A DNA stretch of 64,000 bases from Thalia democratica (Eukaryota): assembly GCA_965202585.1 (NCBI GenBank), contig OZ241826.1:38316001-38380000 (forward strand). The letters are read 5' to 3'. Each line of letters begins with the position of its first letter. The first letter of the stretch is position 1. Position numbers and translations under genes: made by a program. Below the pieces are notes generated by a model. The model searched no databases. It was not told the DNA's origin and saw nothing but the letters and a program-made list of their open reading frames with translations. Below, piece after piece: positions 12,801 to 25,500 of this stretch.

Positions 12801-15800
12801 CCCTCGCTGCGTCCGAACACGATGTCAAGTTTCGACTCCAATACTAGAATAAATGGATTTCATGTTAAAATAAAATATTACCAATACTAATTAGTTTTGT
12901 TAATTACAACATGTATTAACAAAATATTGAACTTAAAATTTATTAAACTATTATAGGTTTTTCAAATACTGTTTAATGAAGAGTCATTTTTAAGATATAA
13001 TCATAGTTTTTTTTTTAATTTCAAACCAAAAAAAAATAAACAAGTATGTTTAGTTATACTAAAAAATGTAAACAAACTTTCGCTACAGTCAACAAATGGA
13101 TCACCAGAATATCCGAATGTACATTGACAAATAAAACTTCCCAAAGTGTTGATGCAATCTGCATGTTTCCCGCACGGATCACTATCGCATTCATTCACAT
13201 CTGTTATTAAGACAAAAACATATTAAAAATATTTTAACTACTCTCATTATAGGTTGTTAATTTTTAAACATATGATTAGTATAGATTAGAAGATAGCTTG
13301 TACTACTGAAAAGGAAATAAAACGTCAGAAAAAAATACAGTTATAGGTTTACAAAGGTGACAACTAAGTAGCAACTGATAAAAAATAAACTTTATTTACC
13401 TTCACTGCAAATGTATTTGTCTTCATTTTCCCATATCCCATCCGCAGTACAAATAGTTGAATAATCCTCTACGATTCTTCCGTTTTTAAATGTCACATAC
13501 TGACCTTCAGGACAAACATAGAGTCCTTGTGAAGAATAATTAGCTATTTCTTTTGCGGGAGAAACTAAACCATCAGATGAACATGCTGTAAATAAGTTAA
13601 ACAACTGTATATAAAATTTTCTACCAACAAAAGTTTATTATTTTATCTAAGCTTGCTTTGAAAAAATTAAAACATTTAATCTTTTCCAAGAGTGTTAAAT
13701 CTTATAAAAGTCTTATTAGCAATAAAAAGCAAAAAGGTTTGATTTTAGTTTTCGTTAAACTGACGTCTAACGATGATTGTTTCTTCAAAATCCTTTCTGG
13801 GCCTATTTACTGGGTACCCGGAAATTGTGTAGAATTCAACTTTCTCCCCACCGTCGCCTTCCACAAGGGGACGCAACAGAACTATTCTTGTATTTATGAC
13901 GTCATTTTGCGCTGTAAAAGTGACGTAGAAATTTATATACTTTTTCCTGTTCACGTTTCCCATGGCAGCCACGTTCGTTTCTATGGTCTCGCCCTTGAAC
14001 GACCAGCCCAACGTCATCGGCTCGTCTTGGCTGATGATGGTTGCCTCGTAGAAATCTCCCTGGTAACCGATGGCCCAGTCGTTGTCTTGGTTACCAACGA
14101 CACGGTGAAGATTTACTCTTATGTTTGACTCCAACTCTTGAAGTAAAATTTACGATTAAAACTATTAGAAACTTTAGAATTTTTCATATAATATATTTTT
14201 TCGTTAACTAAAAGGAATTTCTACAAAGTTATGTTTTGTTCGTCTTAAACTATTTGCTAGTTTTTATATATGTACTTTTTTAATTTTCAACTAAAATAAA
14301 TAATATTAAAACTTTTTTGTTACTTGAGAAAATATTAATCTTAAAACTTACTCGTGCAGTTGAATCCGTCACCGGTATACTTTTCTCTACAAGTGCAAGT
14401 AAAGCTTCCTTCTGTGTTCACACATTTTGCATTCTCATCACAAGGTTTAAGTCTTCTGCATTCATTTTTGTCTGTATATTATACTTTAGATAAGAAAATT
14501 ATCAATCAGAAAATGTTGGTTCTGAAATAAATAATGCAATTTAGTTAGCATATTATGAGTATTTTATACTTTCAGTTCTTGCTATAGTAAAACAAAAATA
14601 GTTTCGTTTTATAATTTTTATAAGTAATTATGTCATTGTTTATAAGTTTAGTTTTATTTTAAAACTTTTTTTAGTTGAAAATTCTAAGACACAAGAATAA
14701 TTAAATTTAGTACAATTAAACTAACAAAGTGCTTAAAAGCAAATTGTTGACATTAACAATACAACAAGAAAATAGAACAATCTATAAATACAATATCTAT
14801 TTTTTTTAATTGTTTGTACAAACGATAGTTGCCTTAGTACATAATAATAAATTTATATAAACCTTTAATACACTTAACATCATCGACACCCGCCCATACA
14901 GCATCAGCACCACAAACAGTTTTCACTTCGTCGACAACTGTTCCGTTGTTGTAAGCTAACAAATTCTTTATTCTTTTAACGCACTGAAACACTCCTTCAA
15001 CCTTATAGTTTGGTATGCTTGTCACCACTAGACCGCTTCTTCTGGATGTACTGCACTCTATGAAATTAGAGAAATTGGTGTTAGCTCAGTAAGTGTTATT
15101 GGTTCACCAAAAGCAACGAATAAATTGAATACTAGTTAAGTTCCAGCACAATGTGTAACTTTAAGAAAGTTTACCACATAAAAAAGAAATTTATACTTAT
15201 TTTTTGAAAAGAACAGTACAAAAATAGTACTGTTTTAAACCTTAAGTATTTCAAAGTTTGTGATCTTTACTAAACAGACAGGTTATTAGGGTGTTAAAAT
15301 AATAGAAGAAGGATCAAATCTTATGTATATATATTAATGCTTACTTAACAAAAAATACTATAATTAATAATTTAAAGTAAACTTTTATAATAATTACTAA
15401 TAAACCTGTATAGTTTTAAGATCATAACTTTTCAAGTTTTGTACTGAATAAAATACAATGCAAACAACTGAAAGTACATAGTACTTTCTACTAATAGAAA
15501 CTCAAGTATTTAAGATAAAACTTCGGAATTATAAGGTTTTTGTAGATTTTCTGTTGTAAATACCTTTTACTTTGATACTTTTTTCAAGATTTATCGGCTC
15601 TCCCGAAGGGTAGGCAGGATTCACATAAAACTCAACTTTATTCCTGTTGTCGTTCGATTCAAGTGGCGTTATCAAAGTTATCAATGTTGTGAGCTTGCCC
15701 TTACCAGCTGCTTCAAGCGAGACGTAAAAATCAGTTCTGCCTGCCCTGCTGTGGTTTTGTTTGTCAGTAAGCATACAACTTTCTCATATTTTATTTTCTT

Positions 15801-18800
15801 GACATTTTGCTTAATTTAAATAGTTAAACAAAACCTTAAAATCTAATTGACGGAAATTAAATATTAGCTGTATACGTTTTAATGATACTCAAGGTTTTTT
15901 AGAATTAACGCCATCTTTTCCAATTAAACAACTTTTATCTGGCTTGTAGAACTAAAAGTAGCAGACGTTTAATAGATTTAGTTACGGTATGGAGTATACC
16001 TTTTTTAAATTTTTAATTAAAAGATACTACTATATAATAAAGCGTCAATACTCATAAAATCGTTTATACAATTACCTGTTGTTCGCATACTTCACCACTT
16101 TACTCTTTTTAGCCATAAACACAGTCATATCCACGTAATACTCAACAGTGTTCCTGTTAAACGTCCAACCCATGGTGAAAGGTTCTGATGACGTGATTGT
16201 CGCTTCGTAAAAGCCTCCAAAAAAGCCAATTGACCAATCATCTCTCTTTCCTTCAGTGTTTCTGTTGATGCTACGAACTCTTATGTTTGATTTCAGCACT
16301 GCAAACAATGTTTTTATTAAAATAAAAAGACATGGTTTGTTCTGATACAGTCATACTTAAGGTTACTAAATAGTTTTTTGGGTCCTTTTTACAATCCAAA
16401 ACAGTAAGTGTTTGTTTCACAGTAAGAACTTTAATACACAAATGGCATTAATAAACATTATAACAAAAATACTTTAAATTATTTAAAACATTAAATACTT
16501 TTTATAAACAAAAGTAAACATACTTTCACTGCAGTCAGTAAATGGATCTCCTGAATAACCAGGACTACATTGACAAACAAAACTTCCTAAAGTATTGATA
16601 CAATCAGCATTCGTTCCACAGGGTTTTGGTCTTTTGTCACATTCATTTGTGTCTTTTAATTGTATGAGTTACAAAATGTTTATAATGTGTAATTTTGAGA
16701 TACTTTAGATATTAAAGTAGTATTTTAAAATAAGTAAAATGTTTTTTTTTTAAAAACGAAACAAAACCTATCCAACAAAATTGTTTTATTTTTATTTGTA
16801 GTTAAGTGTTTGTCTTTACTTCAGCTTAGTTTTTCTTTAAATAATAGACCATTTACGTAAAACTACACAACAAAACTGAAAAAAAGTTTAATTTTTTTTG
16901 GTTTTAAAACGCAATAAACTAATAAAACTTAATTATAATTCTCACCTGTAAGGCAAAAATAAGTGTCCTCATTTTCCCATGTAGCATCAGCCGTACATAC
17001 CGTACCATAATCATTAACGTTAATTTCACTTCCATCTTTTAATGATAGATACTGCCCATCTGGACATAAAAAGTTTCCTTCCGCACCATAAGCAGCTAAT
17101 GCGTCTTCTTTAGGAAGCACTAACTGGTCGTTGGTGCAGTCTGTTGCAAATGTACAAGTAAGCCTATTAAAAAACTTTACCGGTATTCTTTACTTTAAAT
17201 CTGAAAATTAAAAATTAAGTAATCATTGTTAGACAAAGTTGATAAAAGTAGTTTAAATACCTTTAAAAACATTTAAATAAACATCTCAGTCTTACAAAAA
17301 TGTTAGCAAAACCTGTAATAATTAAAAACATTACTAGAAATGTAAACTTTACTTTGAAAAAACTGTTCATACTACAGAAATCAATAAAACTTCAGGAAAA
17401 AAAAAACTACGCTAAAAAATATTTTACCTCATTTTAAAATTAACTTATTAGAGATTTTTTGAGACTTATAAAGAAAAGAAGTCATTGTGAACAAAACATG
17501 TTTAAAGCTCCGAGTGAGACTAAAGCAAAGTAAACACCAACTTTTAATAGATATTGAAGCTGAGAAATCTTGTCTCTCGTTACCGATGTAATCCGACACA
17601 GTCCAAAACTCCACCAAGTCTCCCTCAAAATCCCAATAAAGTCCCCTCATCAAGTACATCTTAGTCAGATGGCTTCCGCTGGGCGTCTCCTCGAAAGTCA
17701 CGTAAAAGGCGTCGTAAGCTTTCGATGTTGGAACTTTTGTAGGGAAATCCCCCACTTTGAAAGTCTGGTTCTGGTAGTTGAACTTCCACCCGATGGTGTA
17801 AGGCTCGTCATTGGCTAATATCTCGGCCTCGTAAAAATATCCTGTGAAAGTGATTGCCCAATTGTCTCCTCGAGATCCCTGGCTGCGACGGAAATCAATT
17901 TCCAGGTTAGACACCAACACTGGTAAAACAATTACGTTAAATGTAAGTGTAGATGTTTATAATGTTTAAATTAATTAGCACTATTGATATTAAAATTGAA
18001 TGAGAATTTTTGATATTGTTGCGCTTTCATAGATTTGGCATATATAAATACTTTACTGAATTACGTACTTTTCAATCTTTTACAATTATATTAATTTTTC
18101 CTTCTTTGTAGACAACTGTAATTTATGTTACGTTATGTTTTATAAATAACTGTATCTAACAAGTACAAGAGAATCCATCACCAGAATAACCACGGTCACA
18201 TTCACAAGTGAAAGACCCGGGTAAGTTTGTACATTTAGAGTTTGTATCACAAGGACTTGAAGCACATTCGTCAATATCTACAGTTTAGTTTTTTTAACTA
18301 CATACAACTGATAACAATGTAAATAAAAGTATATTATTTAAAATATTTAGAACTGTTTCGTATAAAATATTATTTGGTGGTAAAAAAATAAACTAGGTTT
18401 TTTAAGGTTGAAAAATTAAGTAAACATAATATAACAAAGAGTTGTTTTGTCATCATTCATCATTCAGCAACACTCAGTTTCGGAAGCTATTTTATTAATT
18501 TAATTTATAATGCGAATTAAAAGAGTGAGATTAATAAATAATTCATATAGATTCAATATAACAACCTGTTGTGCAAGTAACAGTGTCCAAATCAACCCAG
18601 GTAGCGTCTGCACCACAAACAGTTTCAAATGGTTCAACTAAATCTCCATTTGGTAGTTCAATTACTTGTAGGGTCCCATTGCAAAATACTTTTCCAGGTT
18701 TCAAGTAGGAGGGGTCGGTAGAGTTGACGGTTATGTCACTAGATGGAGCTACTGAGCATTCTGTGTACAATACACACTTTATATCATGTAATGCTTAGAG

Positions 18801-21800
18801 TAAAAAAAAGTGACTAATGCCTGTTTTATAAATGTCTAGCAAGTACTTAATGAATAGAAAGACCACTTTTTTTTCTATTATTCACGGGTTAGAACAGTAC
18901 TTTATGGATATTACCAATAAAAAATAAAGGGTATTTTTGTAAAAATGTTTAGGTGTAAGAGTAAAATGATACGATTTAAGCTACGTTAGAAAATAAAAAA
19001 GGCATTTATCAAAAAAAAAAACGTTCTTAAAAACTTTTTTATACTCCTATCTATAATTACTTATAGATTTAGATAATATTAAAAAAATAATTGCAAGTAC
19101 AATAAGCAAGATTTTAAAACCAATATATTAACTTGACTTTAGCAGTAAACAATTAGTTGTTTACTCACGTTTTACTGTAATTGTTTTTTCAAAGTCTTCT
19201 CTAGTTCCGTTAGAATCAACTATGTACATCTGAACTTTTTCTTGATCATTCTCAGAGTCAAGTACAGTAATTAGGTTCATAACAGATATATATTGTCCAG
19301 GTGCAATAGTTTCATACGTCACATTGAAACTTTTTCCGTCTGTTAGATTAAGCAATAAAAGCATATAACTTAAAAGTTAAAGTAGTGGTTTTATTACCAC
19401 GGTAAAATTATTTACAAATTTAAAAAATGGGCTATGTTAAATATTTTTTTAAATAAAGTTAGTAGACGATAGTTAAGAAACCACATTTGAGTAATGAATA
19501 AATTTACACCTGCTATTCATAGTTTTAGTACTTTTAGTAGATTATCATAAGCTATATATTAGCCAAAAATTTGTAGCACTTAAAATGTTTAAGTTGAACA
19601 GTCACGAAGAAAGCTTTATACATCACACATTCATCATAAAGTTAAAAAAAATAGTGTGTTGAAAGATTTACTAAAAGTAGTAAAATTTTTAAACTCTTAC
19701 CTACTCTTTGCTTCTACTTTGTCATTTATACAATAGAAATATTACAAACAAAATATTAAATAGACTATGATTCAGTTCTACAACTATAAAACAGTCAACA
19801 TAAATGAAATATAAAAATAAAGAGTCTACTTCTTTACCTGCTCTATTCACACTTCTTGTATTTTCAGTAGATGTTTCAACATTGTATTCAACAGTTTCAC
19901 CATTGAACGACCAACCAACCATGTAAGGTTCCTGACTGTATATGGTTGATTGATAAAAACTACCATAATAACCAACTGACCAATCGTCTGTAGTAACATC
20001 TCCACTTCTATTGAATGTTACTTGAATGTTTGAATCCAACACTGTTAAAACAATAAATTTGTTTAAAGTAGCAATGTTTCAAACTGTGCTGGTGTAAATA
20101 TATCTTGTTAAATTTAAAAGATTTATTTCTCACTTATAAATGAAAAAAAAAATCATAAAAACGATAAATGTTATATTTGTAAACCATAAACAACCAAAGT
20201 AATAATTTTATTTAAAGTTAAGAGAATGATCATAATTAAGTTTTGATATTATAACTTGATAATTATTTTTGCTTTATTTAGTAGTCGACTAAACAGTTTA
20301 GAAACTAAAGCTTTAAGTAAATAAATTAGGTTAAATAAAGAACAAACTAAAAAATTTAAACTCTAATACAATACTATTACAATTTAAAATGAAAGTTTTA
20401 TCAAGTTTTGCTTTTTTAACTGTATAACTTTTAATTTTGTTTTTCAACATAGGAAGTAGCTTAGTATAACAATAAAGTTATTATTTTTTGTTCATCTAGT
20501 AGGTTTTTAATAAAAAAAGATAAACTATCTATGTCATATTTTTTTTATTTTCGGAAGTAAACTCTGCAGACTCTCTTAAAAAACTTTTGAAACCAACACA
20601 GTGTTCAAAGTATTTATTTCAAGATATAAAAAACAAAAATAAAGTTACACTTTTGTTTTATCTTTAAAAACATTAAATATAAACACACCTGTATTGCCAA
20701 TACTATAAAGTCCCACATCGTAACCTGTAAATAAAAAACACTTTTTCACAAAAAAGCTGAAAGTTTAACTCTAAATTTTATTAAGTAATAAAAGTATAGT
20801 ATATTTGAATTAACTAGATAGAAACACTTATTACGTTTAAGATAATTTTAGTAAGAATAGTAAAAGGTGATATGTTTATTGTAAATATATTGCATAACTC
20901 TAATCATTTAAAGCAAACACGACGCTTTAAAACGATGTTTGTTCAAAAGCTATTTGTTTGATTATAACATCTTATATAACACTCAACACAATCGTAAATC
21001 TTTAAAAAATAACTTAAATCCTTTTTACATTAGACTCAAGTTTGTACGACTTCAAAGCACAACAAAAAGTAAATTTTCCATTTAATTTTATATAATAACT
21101 GTTGTCGTTTGAGTTTTCACTTTATGAGTTCGCACTTTAGAGTCAAAGTTTTTTGCTAGAAAAGTAGTTTATTTTTTATAAAAAAAAACTGCAGCCTCGA
21201 AATATATGGAGAAACGCAATTTGTTAGTCGCTGTGAATTTATCTAATGTAGATAAAAAAGAAAGTCAACAAAAATAGTGACCAACGTTAATTTCTTTCAA
21301 GTGTCCTATGTATTCGATAATTTAAGAAGAATAATTTAATGTTGATAAAAACATATTTAACACACCTGAAAACAACATATTTTTAGTTTATGTTCTTACT
21401 ACCACCTCTGATAATTAGTATAACAACTTTATTTAATGTTTTTTGTACTCTCGAAATCAACTTTCAAAGTACTGGTAGTCTAATTTATTATTTTATTGGA
21501 GTTTATTGTGCGAAGATGGACTCGGGAATTAAAACCTGAGTCGCTTAAACATTTTGAAGACTAGAATTTTGCTGAGTTTGCATTTTTAAGATGTGTCCAA
21601 GTAAAAATTTTAGCAGCAGACTGTTGTTATTGCAATAAAAGTTTAGTTTAGCAAAACATATCAAAAAGTTGCCACTTTTTAAATCTAAACTGAACGTTTC
21701 CTTATAAATTATCTAAAACAAGATACTTTCCCCAAATTTGTACTAAGGTTTATTTTTAGTTTAAAAGGTAATAATAATAATAAAAGTGTTTTGTGATATC

Positions 21801-22050
21801 AACTTCATCAAAATTTTTATTCAGGCTTTTTAGTAAGCTTTCAAAGTATGCTTTATAGGCTATTGTATGTTTCCTACTAGATTACTAACGAAATTAAAAA
21901 ATTGAAATTACTTTAAACTGAAATTTAGTTAAATATTCTAAACTTAATACTATTAATTTCTACTCAGCATAAAATTTTTATCAACTAACCGGATACTAGC
22001 TGCAGAAGGAAAACTACTAAAGACGCGTGTTTTAAAAAGTTTAAATTCAT
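400..22050 (-). CDS. Gene A: ~1,980-aa type I membrane protein, SP-[X-sushi-EGF]x5-X-sushi-X-sushi-Ig-EGF-X-sushi-TM-tail (34 coding exons)
   Basis: Exons in transcript order: SP 21990-22050; stub 20689-20724; X1 19838-20041+19169-19339; S 18566-18760; E 18161-18277; X2 17542-17919; S 16946-17140; E 16524-16652; X3 16076-16298+15564-15745; S 14863-15057; E 14352-14471; X4 13765-14136; S 13400-13585; E 13078-13200; X5 12478-12843; S 12008-12196; E 11786-11908; X6 11476-11627+11043-11283; S 10399-10593; X7 6843-7036+6441-6582; S 5984-6169; Ig 5543-5685+5045-5174; E 4633-4758; X8 4346-4552+3621-3797; S 3160-3360; TM 2588-2740; tail 746-829 and 400-443 (TAA). All have GT donors and AG acceptors; the total is 5,940 nt, in frame. 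EGF exons carry D-x-N/D-E-C and six Cys (e.g. [39 protein letters not shown]). Sushi exons carry four Cys plus the C-x-x-D-G-x-W motif. Confidence 0.88.
2588..2740 (-). CDS. Gene A transmembrane exon (..[39 protein letters not shown])
   Basis: 153-nt phase 1-1 exon with AAG acceptor and GTGAGT donor; ~22-residue hydrophobic stretch directly after the last sushi exon. Confidence 0.8.
8630..8760 (-). promoter_or_regulatory. Conserved non-coding element in the ~3.4-kb intron of gene A
   Basis: Reverse complement matches 58818-58950 (CAAGTAAATAAA..CAAACT..TGAACTTTAT; AAATTAGC..ATGCG; TCTGTTTAAACAAA..TTTGACTTGT), while most intron sequence cannot be aligned by eye. Confidence 0.55.
21990..22050 (-). 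CDS. Gene A first coding exon, signal peptide [20 protein letters not shown](G)
   Basis: ATG, hydrophobic core, V-S-G cleavage-type motif and GTTAGT phase-1 donor; 61 nt, same length as and homologous to gene B exon 40888-40948. Confidence 0.85.
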
Positions 22051-22339
22051 AGTTAAAACGTTTACTTGATTTAATGATTCTGCCGTTAGTTGTTTTGTTA
22101 AATCAATTTACTGTTTTAACTTTTGTTTTAGTTTTCACTAACTTTGTACTTATTTATGTCGTACTCTTTACAAAGCTAAAAAAATACAAAATTTTAGACG
22201 AAATCTTCTTTTTTAACTAATTAAACAAAAAATTACTGTACATAATAAAAAAACTTTGAGAAAAAACTAAAATGTGTAAACAAATTTGATTTAGAAAAAT
22301 ATTGGTATTGTTTAAAAGCAAGTATAAAGCAACAATTTT

Positions 22340-22555
22340 TATAATCTAAAAGCAAACACTTCATTTAAGCTGAACACTGATTTCGAATACTCATCGACAA
22401 AATTAATCAAATAAAAAAGGTAAATATTAACAAAGCTGTCAAACTAAATAATTTTGTTTTGTTTATATTTCATATTTTCACGTAAACGCACTTAATTGTT
22501 TCAACGTTGATGATTAAGCGACGATAACTTTTATTATGTTGGTTTGTGGTTTTAA
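22340..22555 (-). promoter_or_regulatory. Conserved upstream (promoter/5' UTR) block of gene A
   Basis: Reverse complement aligns by eye to 40418-40642 (shared AAAACCACAAAC, AACAATTA, GACAGCTT.GTTAATA.TTACC, ATTTGATTAATTT, CAGCTT..T.AAGTGTTTGC), at a similar distance from the ATG. Confidence 0.6.
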
Positions 22556-25500
22556 CTTTTTAATTAATGCTTACTAGAGTCTAAAAAAGTATTAAAACTT
22601 AGTCAATAAAAATTAAGAAAAAAAAATATTTGTTGTAACATTACGTTCTAGTTTAAAATGTTTCGTGCTTTTTCTACAAACTTACAGGTTTTCATTTAAT
22701 TTGCATACAAAACTATCTCTACAAATATTGCAGGCTAATCAAAATCAGTTCCTTTAATTTTTCTATAAGAACTAGTTTAATTTAAAAAATATTACTAATG
22801 TTTTTTCTATAAGTTCCAAGTTTATTTGACTTAGCCTGACTATCTTGTTTAATCTTTGTGAATTATAAAACTTAATAGAGTCGCTTTTTTTTTTTGAGTT
22901 GAATTTAATTATTTATATATTGTAACAACATATAACTTTTACTATATTTCTAATTTTGACTACATATAGCTTTAAGATAAATAAGTGATACATTTTTGTT
23001 CAACAAAACTGTATAAGTAGATTAAAACAGAAATAAGTTTTTTAGATTATTTTTTAATGGTTTAATGTCTAAAGTACTTTACGTAAACTTTTAGTAAAAA
23101 AAAAATAAAACATTCTGAATTATAAACAAAAGTATATATTTCAAAAGTCAACTATATTTTTAACAACAAATGTATTAATGCTTAAAAACTCTAAAAGTAA
23201 AATTAAAATCTTTACTTTATTTTCTTTTTAGAGAGTTAAAATTGTTTAATATAAAAAACAGTTCTTCTATTTCATATATAATTTTTATTAAGTATTTATA
23301 CTAATATTAAAATTTTATATCCTACTGCCAAAAAATTGTATTAATATTCAAACCAAATCTTTAAAACATTTGAAAAGCTATTCTATAGAAAAAAAAAAAA
23401 ATATACAAAGCTTAATTTTTTACCTTGCTCCGCTAAACTATGTTTTAAAATCATAACTAAACGTTTTTTTTTTCTATTTAAGCTTAAATAAAACAGTTGT
23501 ACTTCTAAAATATAAACTTACTTTATTATACGAAGTGTTATGCTTTACTAAAGTTGATAAACAAGCGGATAAAAAACTTCTACAAAAGACTAGCGAAATT
23601 AGTTATTTTAATTTTACAGTAAAGTTACAAATAATTAAAACTTACAATAACAAGTTTTATGAGCGTTGTTAAAAATGAGACTTTAGATTGCTTAATGAAT
23701 TACGTGTATATAATTAAAAAGCGTTATTTAGAGTTGAATATACAGAAAAAAAAAATAGTTTTAGATATGTCATCATATACAAAATTTTGCGTAAATTTAG
23801 TTTTATCTCACTTAAAGTATTTGCTTTTAGATTTTTTGAATACTGCAAGTAGTAGCTATCATAAACATACTATAACTGTTTTTATTAAAACTTGTTTTAT
23901 GAAACTGCTAAGTCTGTAGTAATAATTTGAAAATATGAAATAAAGAAACTAAATTTTTAGAGAATTTATGTCAATATATTAGCACATTAAAGTTTTTCGA
24001 GTTTGATAGAATTTTTTTCTTAAAAGTCAAAGCTTAAAACAATTTTTTATTGAGAATAAATAAATTAATTTACAACACGTAGTTTAAATAAGATAAAGTG
24101 AACTGTCTTAACATGCAATTTATCACCAGTTAGAGTATAAGAAAAGTTAAAAGCATTAGCTACCACTCTTTTAAAGTTATTTGATTCTACATTATCTAAA
24201 CATAACCATTAAACTTATCATGTCATTATATTAAAAAACGAACTAAAAAGTTTGTTTTGTATAAAAAGTTTAAAGAGGTTGTATGTGGAAAAATTAAAAA
24301 CTTATTGATGTATAATTAGTATTCTTTATCTACGGTACACACATTACAGTTACAATATTAGATAAACTATCTTTTTAGCTACTTATTTTGTGATTTTTGT
24401 TAGATACAGTTCACTTATCTTAGTTAGCTTTATTTGATATACTATATAATATAGATTGGCTTGCTTAAGAATAACTTTTTACCTAACTTTTAAATGTGAT
24501 TATAAATATGTTTTAATAAATTTTATATTAGTAGTATACAAGTTTCTTGCACCTAATTTTTATTTTTTTTAACGTGCTGGATAATATTAAATGGTAAGCT
24601 TTTACAAATATAATTGATAAACTTAATTTATAGAACTTTACCATTCTTTTTCAAATACTCATATACAATGACAATTGAATTAAATTTATTTTTTATTTTA
24701 ATTTTAGTTTGGCTAAGAAGCATACATTGAATTTACTTTAGAATATATATATATATTTTACTTTCTACCAGCACTAAACTTATTAACTTTTATCGTATAA
24801 ACATTAATTCTTAATAATTTAGAGTATGTGTTCAATTTTTAGTGAGTTATAAAATAAAAAATCTTAATAGAACAGAAATTTGGAAATTTATTAATTGTTT
24901 ATTAAATGAACAAAAAAAGCGCTCAAATATTTGGTCCAAGGACCTGGTGTTAAAAAAACTTTTTGGTTATCGAGTCATACACCATGATACAGTTTAAAGT
25001 CATGCCCAGGACAATTAAGCTATAAAAATTATAAGCTAGTTAAAGTGTCTTGAATTAAACATAAAACAATTAATGTAATAAGTTATAACCAACAACTTTA
25101 TCATAACTTTCTCAATACATTGTTGATCTTTTATCAAAGCAGAAAAGTTGCCTAAAACATGAACTAAAAAATATACTTTAGTTTTGTTTTAGTTTAAATA
25201 TAATATACTACTTTAAAGAAACCTTATTTTCCTTGTTGTCTAAAATTACTTTTTAGACCCTCTAATTTTAACCATTCAGATAATGTAAGTTGTAAGCTTT
25301 TTAGTTTTACTAAATCTGAAAACATTTTTTTTACTTAAAAACGAAATATATAAAATAACACCAGTTTGTTGAATACTTTGACAAATATGTACATTTTTTT
25401 TAATTTGGAGTAAACTCTTATAAGTGTAATGCTTAACATTTTGAAACCATTCAAAAAAAAAAGAGATATAACAATTTCATAACTTATTTCACTTTGACAG

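Noticed and set aside
13658-14128. 156-aa plus-strand ORF, with a similar antisense ORF at 54206-54454 (minus)
   Set aside because: Both lie exactly antisense to the GC-rich X4 exons; their similarity follows from the sense-strand paralogy (shadow ORFs).
23659-23919. Short AT-rich ORFs in the spacer (also 26468-26671, 29558-29743, 31811-32002, 35542-35730, 36455-36724, 39703-39891)
   Set aside because: Low-complexity F/L/K/I/N-rich translations expected by chance in very AT-rich DNA; no motifs or splice support.
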